DNA of 64,000 nt, from NCBI GenBank assembly GCA_900318105.1, contig ONJG01000013.1, forward strand, positions 5,089 through 69,088, read 5' to 3'. Shown piece by piece: positions 19,190 to 29,272 of the stretch. Numbering within the stretch: the first letter of the stretch is position 1; every line of letters begins with the position of its first letter. The position numbers and the translations under genes were made by a program. This DNA comes from an uncultured Eubacteriales bacterium. Its GTDB lineage: Bacteria; Bacillota; Clostridia; Peptostreptococcales; Anaerovoracaceae. The notes under the pieces are model-generated. The model did not search any database. It saw only the letters and a list, made by a program, of their open reading frames with translations, and had not been told where the DNA came from.

Positions 19190-20511
19190 TTTCTCTCACC
19201 TCTTTTCTCGTTCCATACGAACTTTATGGAAGTCCCTTCGAAATTGAAATGTTCTCTTATCTTGTTTTCGAGATATCTCGAATATGAGAAGTGCATGAGC
19301 TCCTTATCATTGATGCTGAATGAAAAGAGAGGCGGCGCCGTTCCTATCTGAGTCGCGTAGTAAACCTTTAGCCTGCGGCCTTTATCCGAAGGCGGCTGCC
19401 TCATCATCACGGCATCCTCAATTATGCTGTTGAGTCTGCCGGTGGATATTCTCATGGTCCTTGCATCCTGAATGGATGCGCATCTTTCGATTATGTCAAA
19501 GATTCTGAGTTTGTTCAGGACGGAAACGAATAACACCGGGGCATACGAAGCAAATAGAAGTTCTGCTTTGAGTTTGCGTTCATAGTCCCTCATCGTATTG
19601 GTTTCCTTTTCGATGAGATCCCATTTATTGACCACTATCATAAGACCCTTGCCCGCCTCGTGTGCATAACCTGCTATTTTCTTATCCTGCTCGGTAAGTC
19701 CCTCGGCAGCATCGATCATAAGAACGCATATGTCGCAGCGCTCTATGGCTGCAATTGCTCTTATCACGCTGAATTTTTCGATGGAATCATTTACCTTGCT
19801 CTTCTTTCTGAGCCCGGCGGTGTCTATCAGGGTATATTCTCTGTCTTTATATGTAAAAGGCGTATCTATTGTGTCCCTCGTGGTTCCCGCAATAGGCGAA
19901 ACTATGACCCTGTTTTGCTTTGTAAGAGCGTTGACGAGAGACGACTTACCCACGTTCGGCTTTCCGATGATGGCTATATGCACGCTGTCCTCTTGCCCTG
20001 CAAAGGATTCATCGGGAAATCCGTCCACTATGCGGTCCAGAAGGTCTCCGATATTTGTCATATTGGCTGCACTGATAGGGACAGGTTCATCAAATCCGAG
20101 TTCGTAAAAATCATAGATCATCTCGTACGACTTGGATGGAGCATCGACTTTGTTGACTACCAGAATCACTTCTTTACCGGTACGTCTGAGAAGGTCAGCA
20201 ACCTCCCTGTCCGCCGTGGTCAGGCCTTCTTTTCCGTCCACCATAAAGAGAATGACATCCGCCATGTCCATGGCCATAACAGCCTGATCTCTCATCTGGG
20301 ATCTGATGGTGTCATCCGTCTTTACTTCAATGCCTCCCGTATCTATCACGGCAAATTCCTTACCGTTCCAGTCGGTCTCGGCATATATCCTGTCGCGCGT
20401 CACGCCCGGCGTATCTTCAACGATCGCCCTGCGCTCACCGACAAGCCTGTTAAAGAATGTGGATTTGCCGACATTCGGTCTGCCGACAATCGCGAGTATG
20501 GGTTTACTCAT
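19186..20511 (-). CDS. der: ribosome biogenesis GTPase Der (EngA)
   Basis: Tandem GTPase domains (GRPNVGKST and GKPNVGKSS) plus a KH-like C-terminus. I chose the start at MSKPILAIVG (20511); the longer ORF-track start would overlap ftsY. Confidence 0.94.
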   Translation of the reverse strand: MSKPILAIVGRPNVGKSTFFNRLVGERRAIVEDTPGVTRDRIYAETDWNGKEFAVIDTGGIEVKTDDTIRSQMRDQAVMAMDMADVILFMVDGKEGLTTADREVADLLRRTGKEVILVVNKVDAPSKSYEMIYDFYELGFDEPVPISAANMTNIGDLLDRIVDGFPDESFAGQEDSVHIAIIGKPNVGKSSLVNALTKQNRVIVSPIAGTTRDTIDTPFTYKDREYTLIDTAGLRKKSKVNDSIEKFSVIRAIAAIERCDICVLMIDAAEGLTEQDKKIAGYAHEAGKGLMIVVNKWDLIEKETNTMRDYERKLKAELLFASYAPVLFVSVLNKLRIFDIIERCASIQDARTMRISTGRLNSIIEDAVMMRQPPSDKGRRLKVYYATQIGTAPPLFSFSINDKELMHFSYSRYLENKIREHFNFEGTSIKFVWNEKRGERK

Positions 20512-21400
20512 CGAAAATGCCCTCCACGAATTCATGTGCATCGAACGGAATGAGGTCATCCATGCCCTCGCCCATGCCTATGAATTTAATTGGCATATCA
20601 TACTCATCCGCTATTGTGATGGAGATGCCGCCTCTTGCGGTGCTGTCCATCTTGGTGAGTATGATGCCCGTCATATCGGTTATGTTGGAAAACTCCTCCG
20701 CCTGGCTTACGGCGTTCTTACCCGTTGTGGCATCGAGAATAAGGAGGTTTTCTCTCGTGGCCTCCGGATACTCTCTTGAAATCACTTTGCTCATCTTTTC
20801 GAGCTCTTTCATGAGATTTACTTTATTCTGTAGCCTGCCGGCAGTATCGCAGATAAGCACGTCGATATTGTTGGCCTTTGCGGACTGAATTGCATCATAA
20901 ATAACGGACGTGGGGTCTGTACCTTCGTCGCGTTTTATAACTCTGACGCCTACCCTGTCTCCCCACATCTGAAGCTGCTCGGCCGCTGCGGCACGGAATG
21001 TATCCGCCGCTGCGAGCATGACGGATTTACCCTGATTCTTGTACATATGGGCGAGCTTTGCTATGGAAGTGGTCTTTCCTCCTCCGTTGATTCCTATCAT
21101 GAGGATGATGAGAGGATAATCCGTGCTCATTTTGTTGCGCTCACCCTTATCCATTATCTCTTCGAGTATGCGCGAGAGTTCCTTTCTGATACCGCGTTCC
21201 TTTGTAATATATTGCTCGTTAATCGTCTTATTGAGCTCCTTGATAATCTTATCTGCCGTATCAACTCCCACATCCGCCATAACAAGAGATTCCTCGAGCT
21301 GCTCGAGGAATTCCGGTCCGAGGTCCGGGTTGTCATATACGGCCATAGTGATACTGTCTATGAACTTCCTGAATGTCGATTTCTTTTCAAATAATCCCAT
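20504..21400 (-). CDS. ftsY: signal recognition particle receptor FtsY
   Basis: 298-aa ORF with the SRP-GTPase motifs GINGGGKTTS, DTAGR and TKMDSTARGG. Confidence 0.95.
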   Translation of the reverse strand: MGLFEKKSTFRKFIDSITMAVYDNPDLGPEFLEQLEESLVMADVGVDTADKIIKELNKTINEQYITKERGIRKELSRILEEIMDKGERNKMSTDYPLIILMIGINGGGKTTSIAKLAHMYKNQGKSVMLAAADTFRAAAAEQLQMWGDRVGVRVIKRDEGTDPTSVIYDAIQSAKANNIDVLICDTAGRLQNKVNLMKELEKMSKVISREYPEATRENLLILDATTGKNAVSQAEEFSNITDMTGIILTKMDSTARGGISITIADEYDMPIKFIGMGEGMDDLIPFDAHEFVEGIFDE

Positions 21401-21408
21401 ATAATCTC

Positions 21409-24400
21409 CTATTCAAGTCCTTCCACATCGAATTCGTCACCGAGTTTGAGTGAAAGCATCCTGGATATACCCTGCTCCGGCATGGTGACACCATAGAGAA
21501 CGTCTGCATGCTCCATGGTGGCCTTCTGGTGTGTAATCAGGGCAAACTGTATATTTTTGAAATTCCTGAGATAATCAGAGAATCTCTCGATATTTACCTC
21601 ATCAAGCGCTGCCTCAACCTCATCGAGTATTACAAACGGTGTCGGCTTGGCCTTGAGAACCGCAAACATAAGCGCTATGGCTGTAAGGGTTTTTTCACCG
21701 CCCGAGAGCAGGTTGATATTCTTGAGCTTCTTTCCGGGCGGCTGAGCCGTGATTTCGATTCCCGATTCAAGAGGCTTTGTTTCATCCTCAAGCCTTATCT
21801 CGGCATAGCCTCCGCCGAAGAGCTCCCTGAAAGACTCCTCGAAATTAACAACGACCTTGTCAAAGTTCTCCTTAAACCTTGTCTTAATGGTCTTATCCAT
21901 GTTTTTGATAATCTCGTCGAGCTCATCCATGGCTTTTGTAATATCTTTTTCCTGAGCTGTCATAAACTCGTAACGCTTGCTTACGGCTTTGTATTCCTCG
22001 ATTGAGCCGACGTTCACGTCTCCGAGTTCTGCAAGCCTGAGCCTGATCTCCCTGGACTCTCTGTTACCCGCGGTGATGGCAAAGTTCTCATCTCTCATGT
22101 CCATGGCCTCGGCAAATGATACCTCAAACTCATCCCAGAGCTTTTCCTTCTGGGTCTCGGAGAGGGTTTCGTTTCTTGTGGTCTTCACTTCGAGCCTGTA
22201 GCTCTCGTCCCTTATCTCCTCAAGTCTGCTCCTCTTCTCCTTTTGCTCGGCCATGAGTTTATCGGATCTCGACTTGTTATCCTCGAGTTTTTCTCCGAGT
22301 TCTGCGATGAGTTTTTCGAGTCTTTCTTTCTCCTTTTTAAGCTCGTTTTCCTTATCTCCGGACTCGGCACCCGTGCTGGTCAGCATCTCTTTGGATTTGG
22401 TGAGTTCCTGCTCAGCCTCAAGATTCTCTTCTATTGAAGACTCGAGATCAGCAACGGTATCTCTTACACGCTCAATGATTTCATTGCCTGAGAGCATCTT
22501 GCTTTCGTTTTCGCCGATTTTAACCTTAAGGGCAACGATTCTTTCGTTGTCCTCCTCGATAAGAGGCGTGATTTCATCAGTCTCTGCCATCAGCTTTTCA
22601 GCTCTGGCTTCCGATGTCTTATACTCGCTCTCCGCGGCATCAATCTTGCTTCTGTACTCGGCTATCATCTTGTCTGCACGCTCGATATCCGAAGCTATCG
22701 TATCCATTTCCGCTTTGTATCTTTCGGCGGCACCCTCATCGGCCTTGACCATGGATTCGGCATGCTCGATATCTGATTTGAGCACGTTGTATTCAATTTC
22801 CGAAGTTCCGATAATCGTTCTGAGTTCGTCTCTTTCGGCTCTGAGTTTATCCCTCAGGGTCTCCTCGGATGACTTTTCTTTTTCAAGTTCGGCAGTCTTC
22901 TTTTCAAACTCCTCAATTCTTGAATTGAGGGTTCCTATCTCCTGCTTTCTGTCGAGCAGATTCGCTGTTTTGTTGGCAAACCTTCCTCCTGTGATGGCAC
23001 CGAAAGCGTTTATGACTTCACCCTCAAGAGTGACTATTCTGAATCCGCCGATATTCTTCTTTGAGATGCTGATGGCATCATCCATATTGTCTGCGATTAT
23101 GACCCTGCAGAGGAGATAATCAATGATTTCATCGTATTTCTTATCGCAGGAAACCATCTCGGATGCTATTCCTATAAATCCCTTTGCAGACTTGACAGAT
23201 CCGTCGAGACCCAGCCTGTCTGCTCTTACGGATTTGACCGGAAGGAATGTGGCTCTTCCGGATTTGCTGGACTTAAGCCACGAAATAGCCTTGGTGGCTG
23301 CATCATCATCCTCGCATACTATGTGCTGAAGAGCTCCGCCGAGTGCTGTCTCCACAGCGGTTACGTATTCGGACGGAACCTCGATTATATCCGAAACAGT
23401 TCCGATTATGCCAGACTGCGATCTTTGCATCAGCATCCTGACGGTGTTGTTATAGCCCTCGTAGTTGGCCTCCATCTCCGCAATTGTGTTGCGGCGTGCC
23501 TCTGCCTGGCTTCTTTTGTGCGATATATCATCTATCTCCGCAGACAGCTTATCCACATTTGTGATTGCGGATAATATGTTATTGGATACTTCTTCAAGTC
23601 TCGCTTTATTCTTTTCGAGAGAAGCCTCCTTTTCTTCAAATTGTGCTCTGAGATCGCTGAGCCTCAGCTTGTTGTCTGATTCTGCAGATCCTCTGCCTTC
23701 AAATTCATCGGTCAGGGATTCTCTTCTCTCGTTTAATGTGTTCTTATAGCTCTCAAGGGTGTTGATCTCGGCATTCCTGGTTACGTTCTGATTGGTCAGG
23801 GTAATCATCTCATCCTTGAGCTTTTCTATCTCACGTGAGATTTCGTTATTCTTGAGCGTATGCTCGTTATACTCAATTACAGCCTTGTCGAGCTCAGCCC
23901 TGATCTGCTCCATCTCGCTGTTGGCGAATTTCTCGGCCTCTTCCAGTCTTGCGAGTTCTTCCTTTTCCTGCTCCAGCTTTTCTTTTGATGTTTCGAGGTC
24001 TTCGCTTATTCTCTCGAGCTCCTTTTCGATATTCAAAAGTCTTTCGTGGTTCAGTTTGCCGCCGCTTGTTATGATTCCGAGCTCATCAACAGCAGCGAGG
24101 AGCTTTGAATTGGCATCGGCATTCTGCTCGCTGAGCTCCGCTTCCTCAAGCCTCGCATCCTCAAGCTCGGTATCCATCTCATCGAGTCTGGATGCAGTCT
24201 CTTCTATGGTTTTTTTATAGGTTTCAAGCTCTTCTTTTCCGCTCTTTACATCGCTTTCGAGCTTTTCGAGATTGTGAAGTATTATATTGATTCCGAGAGT
24301 CTTGTATCTGCTTCTCAGCTCCAGATACTCAGTCGCCTTTTCGGAATCCTCCTTAAGACCGTCTATCCTGCCTTCGATCTCGTTTATGATATCCCTTACT

Positions 24401-24969
24401 CTGTCGAGGTCGAGATTGGCTGCTTTCAGTTTGTTCTCAGCCTCGGTCTTACGGCTTTTGTAAAGCACAACGCCCGCAGCCTCTTCGAATATCTGCCTGC
24501 GGTTTTCGGGTTTGGTACTTACTATATCAGCGATCTTGCCCTGGCCGATTATTGAGTAACCCTCCACACCGATGCCGGTATCCATAAAGAGTTCCCTTAT
24601 ATCCCTCAGCCTGCATTGATTGCCGTTAATGAGATATTCGCTTTCACCCGATCTGTACATGCGCCTTGTGACGGCTATTTCGCTGTATTCGAGCGGAAGT
24701 ATGCCTGCGGTATTGTCTATTACGAGCGTGACTTCGGCCATTCCTTTGGGTTTACGCGTGGTTGTGCCCGCAAAAATAACGTCCTGCATCTTGGCACCTC
24801 TGAGCTGCCTGGAGCTCTGCTCTCCGAGCACCCACCTGAGCGCATCGGATATATTGCTCTTACCTGAGCCGTTCGGACCTATAATACAAGTGACGCCGTC
24901 ATTAAGTTCAATGTTTACAGGATCTGCAAATGATTTGAAACCCTGCATCTCTATTCTCTTAAAATACAA
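21409..24969 (-). CDS. smc: chromosome segregation protein SMC
   Basis: 1186-aa ORF with Walker A GPNGSGKSN, long coiled coils and a hinge. It also has the signature LSGGEKTLTAIAL and Walker B FVILDEVEAALD. Confidence 0.96.
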   Translation of the reverse strand: MYFKRIEMQGFKSFADPVNIELNDGVTCIIGPNGSGKSNISDALRWVLGEQSSRQLRGAKMQDVIFAGTTTRKPKGMAEVTLVIDNTAGILPLEYSEIAVTRRMYRSGESEYLINGNQCRLRDIRELFMDTGIGVEGYSIIGQGKIADIVSTKPENRRQIFEEAAGVVLYKSRKTEAENKLKAANLDLDRVRDIINEIEGRIDGLKEDSEKATEYLELRSRYKTLGINIILHNLEKLESDVKSGKEELETYKKTIEETASRLDEMDTELEDARLEEAELSEQNADANSKLLAAVDELGIITSGGKLNHERLLNIEKELERISEDLETSKEKLEQEKEELARLEEAEKFANSEMEQIRAELDKAVIEYNEHTLKNNEISREIEKLKDEMITLTNQNVTRNAEINTLESYKNTLNERRESLTDEFEGRGSAESDNKLRLSDLRAQFEEKEASLEKNKARLEEVSNNILSAITNVDKLSAEIDDISHKRSQAEARRNTIAEMEANYEGYNNTVRMLMQRSQSGIIGTVSDIIEVPSEYVTAVETALGGALQHIVCEDDDAATKAISWLKSSKSGRATFLPVKSVRADRLGLDGSVKSAKGFIGIASEMVSCDKKYDEIIDYLLCRVIIADNMDDAISISKKNIGGFRIVTLEGEVINAFGAITGGRFANKTANLLDRKQEIGTLNSRIEEFEKKTAELEKEKSSEETLRDKLRAERDELRTIIGTSEIEYNVLKSDIEHAESMVKADEGAAERYKAEMDTIASDIERADKMIAEYRSKIDAAESEYKTSEARAEKLMAETDEITPLIEEDNERIVALKVKIGENESKMLSGNEIIERVRDTVADLESSIEENLEAEQELTKSKEMLTSTGAESGDKENELKKEKERLEKLIAELGEKLEDNKSRSDKLMAEQKEKRSRLEEIRDESYRLEVKTTRNETLSETQKEKLWDEFEVSFAEAMDMRDENFAITAGNRESREIRLRLAELGDVNVGSIEEYKAVSKRYEFMTAQEKDITKAMDELDEIIKNMDKTIKTRFKENFDKVVVNFEESFRELFGGGYAEIRLEDETKPLESGIEITAQPPGKKLKNINLLSGGEKTLTAIALMFAVLKAKPTPFVILDEVEAALDEVNIERFSDYLRNFKNIQFALITHQKATMEHADVLYGVTMPEQGISRMLSLKLGDEFDVEGLE

Positions 24970-25662
24970 CTAGTATGCTCCCTTCGAAAGTGCGTCTTCG
25001 GCTGCTGCCTGCTCGGCCCTGGCCTTGCTGCTGCCTTTGCCTTTTCCGCACATTTTTCCATTTATTATCAATTCTGTCTCAAATGTCTTGTTGTGATCAG
25101 GCCCGGATTCTCCGGAGAGCCTGTATTCTATCTTTGCTGATTTGTCCTTTTCCTGTACCCTTTCCTGAAGTCTGGTCTTAAAATCCCTGTTGAGCGATCC
25201 GCTCGCAGCCTGCTCTATCTTGTTACCGAGTATGCAGAGTATTATACGGCTGCATTCATCATATCCTCCGTCCAGCATTATAGCGCCCATAAGGGCTTCA
25301 AATGCATCGGAGAGTATCGACGCCTTTTTTCTTCCGCCGTTTGCGTCCTCACCGTTTCCGAGGTAGAGAAAGTCTCCGAGAGATATGTCGGATGCGGCAT
25401 TCGCAAGCGCTGCTTCGCAGACAACATCTGCCCTGTATCTTGAGAGGGATCCCTCATGGGCATCTCCCATTATCTCAAAAAGCCTCGTGCCTACAACTGC
25501 ATCAACGTAAGCATCTCCTATAAACTCGAGCCTTTCGTTGTTACGGGAGTATCCGAGTCCTTTTTCGGATGCATAAGAACTGTGGATCAGAGCCGTTTTG
25601 AGCAGTTCTTTGTCCCTGAACTCATATCCTATTATCTTTTCAAGTTCAGACAGGCCCGGCAT
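24970..25662 (-). CDS. rnc: ribonuclease III
   Basis: 230-aa ORF with the ERLEFIGDA signature and a C-terminal dsRBD. Confidence 0.95.
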   Translation of the reverse strand: MPGLSELEKIIGYEFRDKELLKTALIHSSYASEKGLGYSRNNERLEFIGDAYVDAVVGTRLFEIMGDAHEGSLSRYRADVVCEAALANAASDISLGDFLYLGNGEDANGGRKKASILSDAFEALMGAIMLDGGYDECSRIILCILGNKIEQAASGSLNRDFKTRLQERVQEKDKSAKIEYRLSGESGPDHNKTFETELIINGKMCGKGKGSSKARAEQAAAEDALSKGAY

Positions 25663-25668
25663 TTTAAA

Positions 25669-26703
25669 TTAATCCTCCGAATTGTCAGAATCGCTGCCGT
25701 GCTTGGAAACGGCTTCCTCAATCATTCCGGTGATATCGTTGCTCACATAGTCAACGGCGCGGTGGATTGCGTAATAAACTTCAGTGGCCTTTGAATTGCC
25801 GTGAATCTTCAGAACCGCTCCCTTGAGTCCGAGTATCGGGGCTCCTCCGGCATCGGAGTAGTCAAACTCTTCTTTTATCTCCTTTATTTTGGAGTATGCG
25901 AGCATGGCACCTGCCTTGGCCACAACGCCTTCGGTGAGTTTGCTTTTGAACTGGTTCATAATGGCCAGAGCCATACCCTCGCTTCCTTTAAGAAAGACAT
26001 TTCCAGAAAAACCGTCGGTCACCACAACATCTGCTTCTCCGAATACTATATCGCGGCCTTCGATATTTCCTTCAAAGTTTACAGAGCCGTTTTCTCCGGC
26101 TGCTTTAAGCATACCGAATGCTTCCTTATGGAGCTCATCTCCCTTTCCTTCCTCGGCACCTACGTTCAGCAGTTTTACAACGGGCATTTTGTTTCCGGTA
26201 ATTCCTTCAACAAAGATACTGCCCATAAGTCCGTTCTGAAAGATGTATTCGGGTTTGGCCTCGACGTTTGCGCCGCAGTCCAGAAGAAGAGTGTTTCCGG
26301 GTACGCCTATGCGGGGAAACCACGCGGCGATAGCGGGCCTTTTAATGCCCTTCATCCTGCCAAGTGTCAGTAGCCCGCCCGCGAGCAGCGCTCCCGTGCT
26401 GCCGCCTGAGATGAATATGTCAGCATCGCCGCTTTTGATCATATTCATGCCCTTGACGATGGTAGAGTCTTTTTTCTTTCTGACTGCCATGGCAGGTGTC
26501 TCGTGGTTTGTGATCACTTCCGTTGCATCCACCACCTCAATATTGTCACCGTGCCACCTGCAGTCGTCGAGCTCTTTTTTAATTGTCTCTTCCGGACCTA
26601 TAATAACGACCGTTTCTTTAATTTCCGAAGCAGCCCTGACTGCTCCTTTTACTATTTCTTCGGGCGCAAAGTCACCGCCCATTCCGTCTACTAATATTCT
26701 CAT
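25669..26703 (-). CDS. plsX: phosphate acyltransferase PlsX
   Basis: 344-aa ORF starting MRILVDGMGGDFAPEEIVKG, typical of PlsX. Confidence 0.96.
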   Translation of the reverse strand: MRILVDGMGGDFAPEEIVKGAVRAASEIKETVVIIGPEETIKKELDDCRWHGDNIEVVDATEVITNHETPAMAVRKKKDSTIVKGMNMIKSGDADIFISGGSTGALLAGGLLTLGRMKGIKRPAIAAWFPRIGVPGNTLLLDCGANVEAKPEYIFQNGLMGSIFVEGITGNKMPVVKLLNVGAEEGKGDELHKEAFGMLKAAGENGSVNFEGNIEGRDIVFGEADVVVTDGFSGNVFLKGSEGMALAIMNQFKSKLTEGVVAKAGAMLAYSKIKEIKEEFDYSDAGGAPILGLKGAVLKIHGNSKATEVYYAIHRAVDYVSNDITGMIEEAVSKHGSDSDNSED

Positions 26704-26730
26704 TTATTTCACCTAAAAAAGACCGCAAAA

Positions 26731-26760
26731 ATACTTGTATATTATACCATATACAAGTAT
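26731..26760 (-). promoter_or_regulatory. candidate plsX promoter (-10) overlapped by a perfect 12-6-12 inverted repeat (operator-like)
   Basis: ATACTTGTATAT (26731-26742) and ATATACAAGTAT (26749-26760) are exact reverse complements. On the minus strand the spacer carries an extended -10, TGgTATAAT (TATAAT = 26741-26746). It lies about 40 nt upstream of the plsX ATG and its AGGTGA RBS. Confidence 0.5.
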
Positions 26761-26836
26761 ATAAAGTTCGCCAAAATCATTCTGTTTTTGTATTAAATAT
26801 AAATACCGCGCACTGCGTAGTATTTAATATCGGACT

Positions 26837-28186
26837 TTATGCATCCTCTTTGAACGCATCCAGTTTCTGTGTGTAATTCCAGACCATAATTGCCTGAACG
26901 GTCTGCGAAACAAGTGAACCGGTCCATACTCCCCAGATTCCCATTTTTAGGACAAATACGCATACAGCCAGTACGCTGAGATTAACAAAGGCGAAAGATA
27001 CTATGCTGGCTCTCATCACCTCTTTCATCGCACCGACTCCCTGCAGGCATCCGACATAAGCAAACTTAAGAGTCTGGCTTATAGTGATGGCGCCTATAAA
27101 CAGGCAGGATTTGGCTCCTATGGATATGAATTCTGCTTCATTACTGAAGAAACCAAAGAATGTACGGCCTCCTAAAATGAACAGCGCTGCCAGTATCAGG
27201 GCGGAAACTGCCGACAGAGAGATTATGTTTCTCTTATATTGTTTAAGAAGTGCTTTGTCCTTGGCGCCGTGTGATCTGCCTATAAGTGCAACCGCAGCCG
27301 TCTGAAGACCCGTTCCGACAGCGACATTTACATTGAGAAGATGCATTCCTATTGAATATACCGCCATCTGGAACGATCCGATTCTGGCTACTATACCTGA
27401 AATTATCAGAATACTAACTCTGGTAGCCAGGCTGTCGGTAAAGGTGCTCCTGTACATCTCAAGCACCTCTTTGGAGCCCTCTTTGGTGGGCCTGAATTTC
27501 TTGCCCAGGCAGTAAGGAATATTTACAAAGTAATCCTTCTTCATGGCAACTATGGTCATCTGAATACATGCTGCCACCATACCGGCTACTGTAGCTATTG
27601 CAGCTCCTTTAACTCCGAGAGCCGGAAAACCAAAATGTCCTTCTATGAGCAGGTAATTGAGAATGATATTTACCACGCTCGATACAACATTCGAAATGAA
27701 TGTAAGATTGGTCTTTCCGAATCCCCGCATCGCAGCGTTAATGGCCATAAATACTGTATTGAAAATCATTCCGCCCATTACTATTCTGAAGTAGACAACA
27801 GAAGCATCCAGGGTATCCTCCTGATGAGAGAACACAATCATGAGAGGCCTGGCCAGCACTACAGCCAGTATGCTGAGTATGATGCTCGCAATGATAACGA
27901 ATTTCATAATGAGGTCGAATATGCGGTTTGCCTCATCTCTGTTCTTTTCTCCGACGCATCTGGCCACCAGGCTGGTCAGCACAATGTTAATCGAAAAGAA
28001 CACCGAAAGTATAAACAGTCTCGGCGCATTTGTAACGGATATTGCGGAGATGGCAGTTACGCCGAGAGCCGACACCATCTTGGAATCGATGATGTTGGTA
28101 AAAGTCGTAAACAGAGTCTCCAGAAATGAAGGAACTCCGATTTTATAAATCTCTGTTGATAAGTCTCTGTCTATTTTAAATCCCAT
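26837..28186 (-). CDS. MATE-family efflux transporter
   Basis: 449-aa, roughly 12-TM ORF with a MATE-like N-terminus (IYKIGVPSFLETLFTTFTNIIDSKMVSALG). Confidence 0.88.
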   Translation of the reverse strand: MGFKIDRDLSTEIYKIGVPSFLETLFTTFTNIIDSKMVSALGVTAISAISVTNAPRLFILSVFFSINIVLTSLVARCVGEKNRDEANRIFDLIMKFVIIASIILSILAVVLARPLMIVFSHQEDTLDASVVYFRIVMGGMIFNTVFMAINAAMRGFGKTNLTFISNVVSSVVNIILNYLLIEGHFGFPALGVKGAAIATVAGMVAACIQMTIVAMKKDYFVNIPYCLGKKFRPTKEGSKEVLEMYRSTFTDSLATRVSILIISGIVARIGSFQMAVYSIGMHLLNVNVAVGTGLQTAAVALIGRSHGAKDKALLKQYKRNIISLSAVSALILAALFILGGRTFFGFFSNEAEFISIGAKSCLFIGAITISQTLKFAYVGCLQGVGAMKEVMRASIVSFAFVNLSVLAVCVFVLKMGIWGVWTGSLVSQTVQAIMVWNYTQKLDAFKEDA

Positions 28187-28220
28187 TTTTTAGTACTATC
28201 TCCTGATTACTCGTATATTA

Positions 28221-29270
28221 TTAATCGCAATTATTACTTTTCCTTCTTCGAAGCTGGCCGCATGCAGCATCTATATCGCTTCCGAGAGTCCTCCTGACGG
28301 TTGCTGCTATCCCTTTATGTTCAAGGATTTCCTTAAACCTCAGGACATTCTCTCCACGGGCTTTTCTGTATTCTCTGCCCTCTACTTCATTAAGCGGTAT
28401 GAGATTGACGTGCGCCAGCATACCCTTTAGATGCGATGCCAGCTCCTCTGCGCATTGCCTTGAATCATTTACTCCGTCTATAAGAGCATATTCAAAGGTG
28501 ATTCTGCGACCCGTAGCATCAGTATACTCCTTACATGCCTGAATTAGTTCATTAAATTCATATTTTTTTGCGACAGGCATGGTTTTTTCCCTGAGCTCCT
28601 GATTCGGCGCATGCAGCGAGATTGCGAGATTGACCTGAGGAAAATCCCCGGCAAACTGCCTGATCCCCGGGATAATACCGCAGCTCGAAACAGTAATATT
28701 TCTGAGGCTCAGGTTGTATCCCCCGGGTTCATGAATGAGTTTAATAAATCTTCCGAGCTCGTCGTAGTTATCAAAAGGTTCTCCCATTCCCATGACCACG
28801 ACGTGATTTATATCCTCTCCTGTATGATTTCGCATGGCCAGTACTTCGCCGAGCATCTCGCCTCCAGTGAGTCCCCGCTCCAGACCATCCATGGTTGATG
28901 CGCAGAAAGTGCATCCCATGCGGCATCCCACCTGTGACGAAATGCAGATCGAATTACCGTAGCTGTATTTCATAAATACCGATTCGACCATAGCACCATC
29001 CGAAAAGCTGAACAGGCACTTCACAGTCCCGTCTTTTGATTCTCTGCTGTCTGTAATCTCCGGCTGTCCTATGTAATAATTCTCTGCGAGTTTTTCTCTC
29101 AGGGCTGCCGGCACATTATTCATATCGGCAAAGTCAGCGACACCCTTTGAAAGCCAGCCGAAAACCTGATCTGCCCTGAATGGCTTTTCTCCATATGCTG
29201 AAACGACCCCGCGTAATTCAGCGGGGCCGAGGTTCAGAATATTTTGTTTGCCGTTAATCGAATCATTCAT
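28221..29270 (-). CDS. rlmN: 23S rRNA (adenine2503-C2)-methyltransferase RlmN
   Basis: 349-aa ORF with the radical-SAM motif CRMGCTFCAS and a C-terminal catalytic Cys (DIDAACGQL). Confidence 0.94.
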   Translation of the reverse strand: MNDSINGKQNILNLGPAELRGVVSAYGEKPFRADQVFGWLSKGVADFADMNNVPAALREKLAENYYIGQPEITDSRESKDGTVKCLFSFSDGAMVESVFMKYSYGNSICISSQVGCRMGCTFCASTMDGLERGLTGGEMLGEVLAMRNHTGEDINHVVVMGMGEPFDNYDELGRFIKLIHEPGGYNLSLRNITVSSCGIIPGIRQFAGDFPQVNLAISLHAPNQELREKTMPVAKKYEFNELIQACKEYTDATGRRITFEYALIDGVNDSRQCAEELASHLKGMLAHVNLIPLNEVEGREYRKARGENVLRFKEILEHKGIAATVRRTLGSDIDAACGQLRRRKSNNCD

Positions 29271-29272
29271 TG

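Noticed and set aside
22253-23119. A 288-aa Ser/Leu-rich plus-strand ORF. Similar ORFs occur at 23792-24220 and 43721-44293.
   Set aside because: These are mirror images of the GAA/AAG-rich codons of the SMC coiled coil and the IF-2 N-terminal region. They are low-complexity antisense artefacts.
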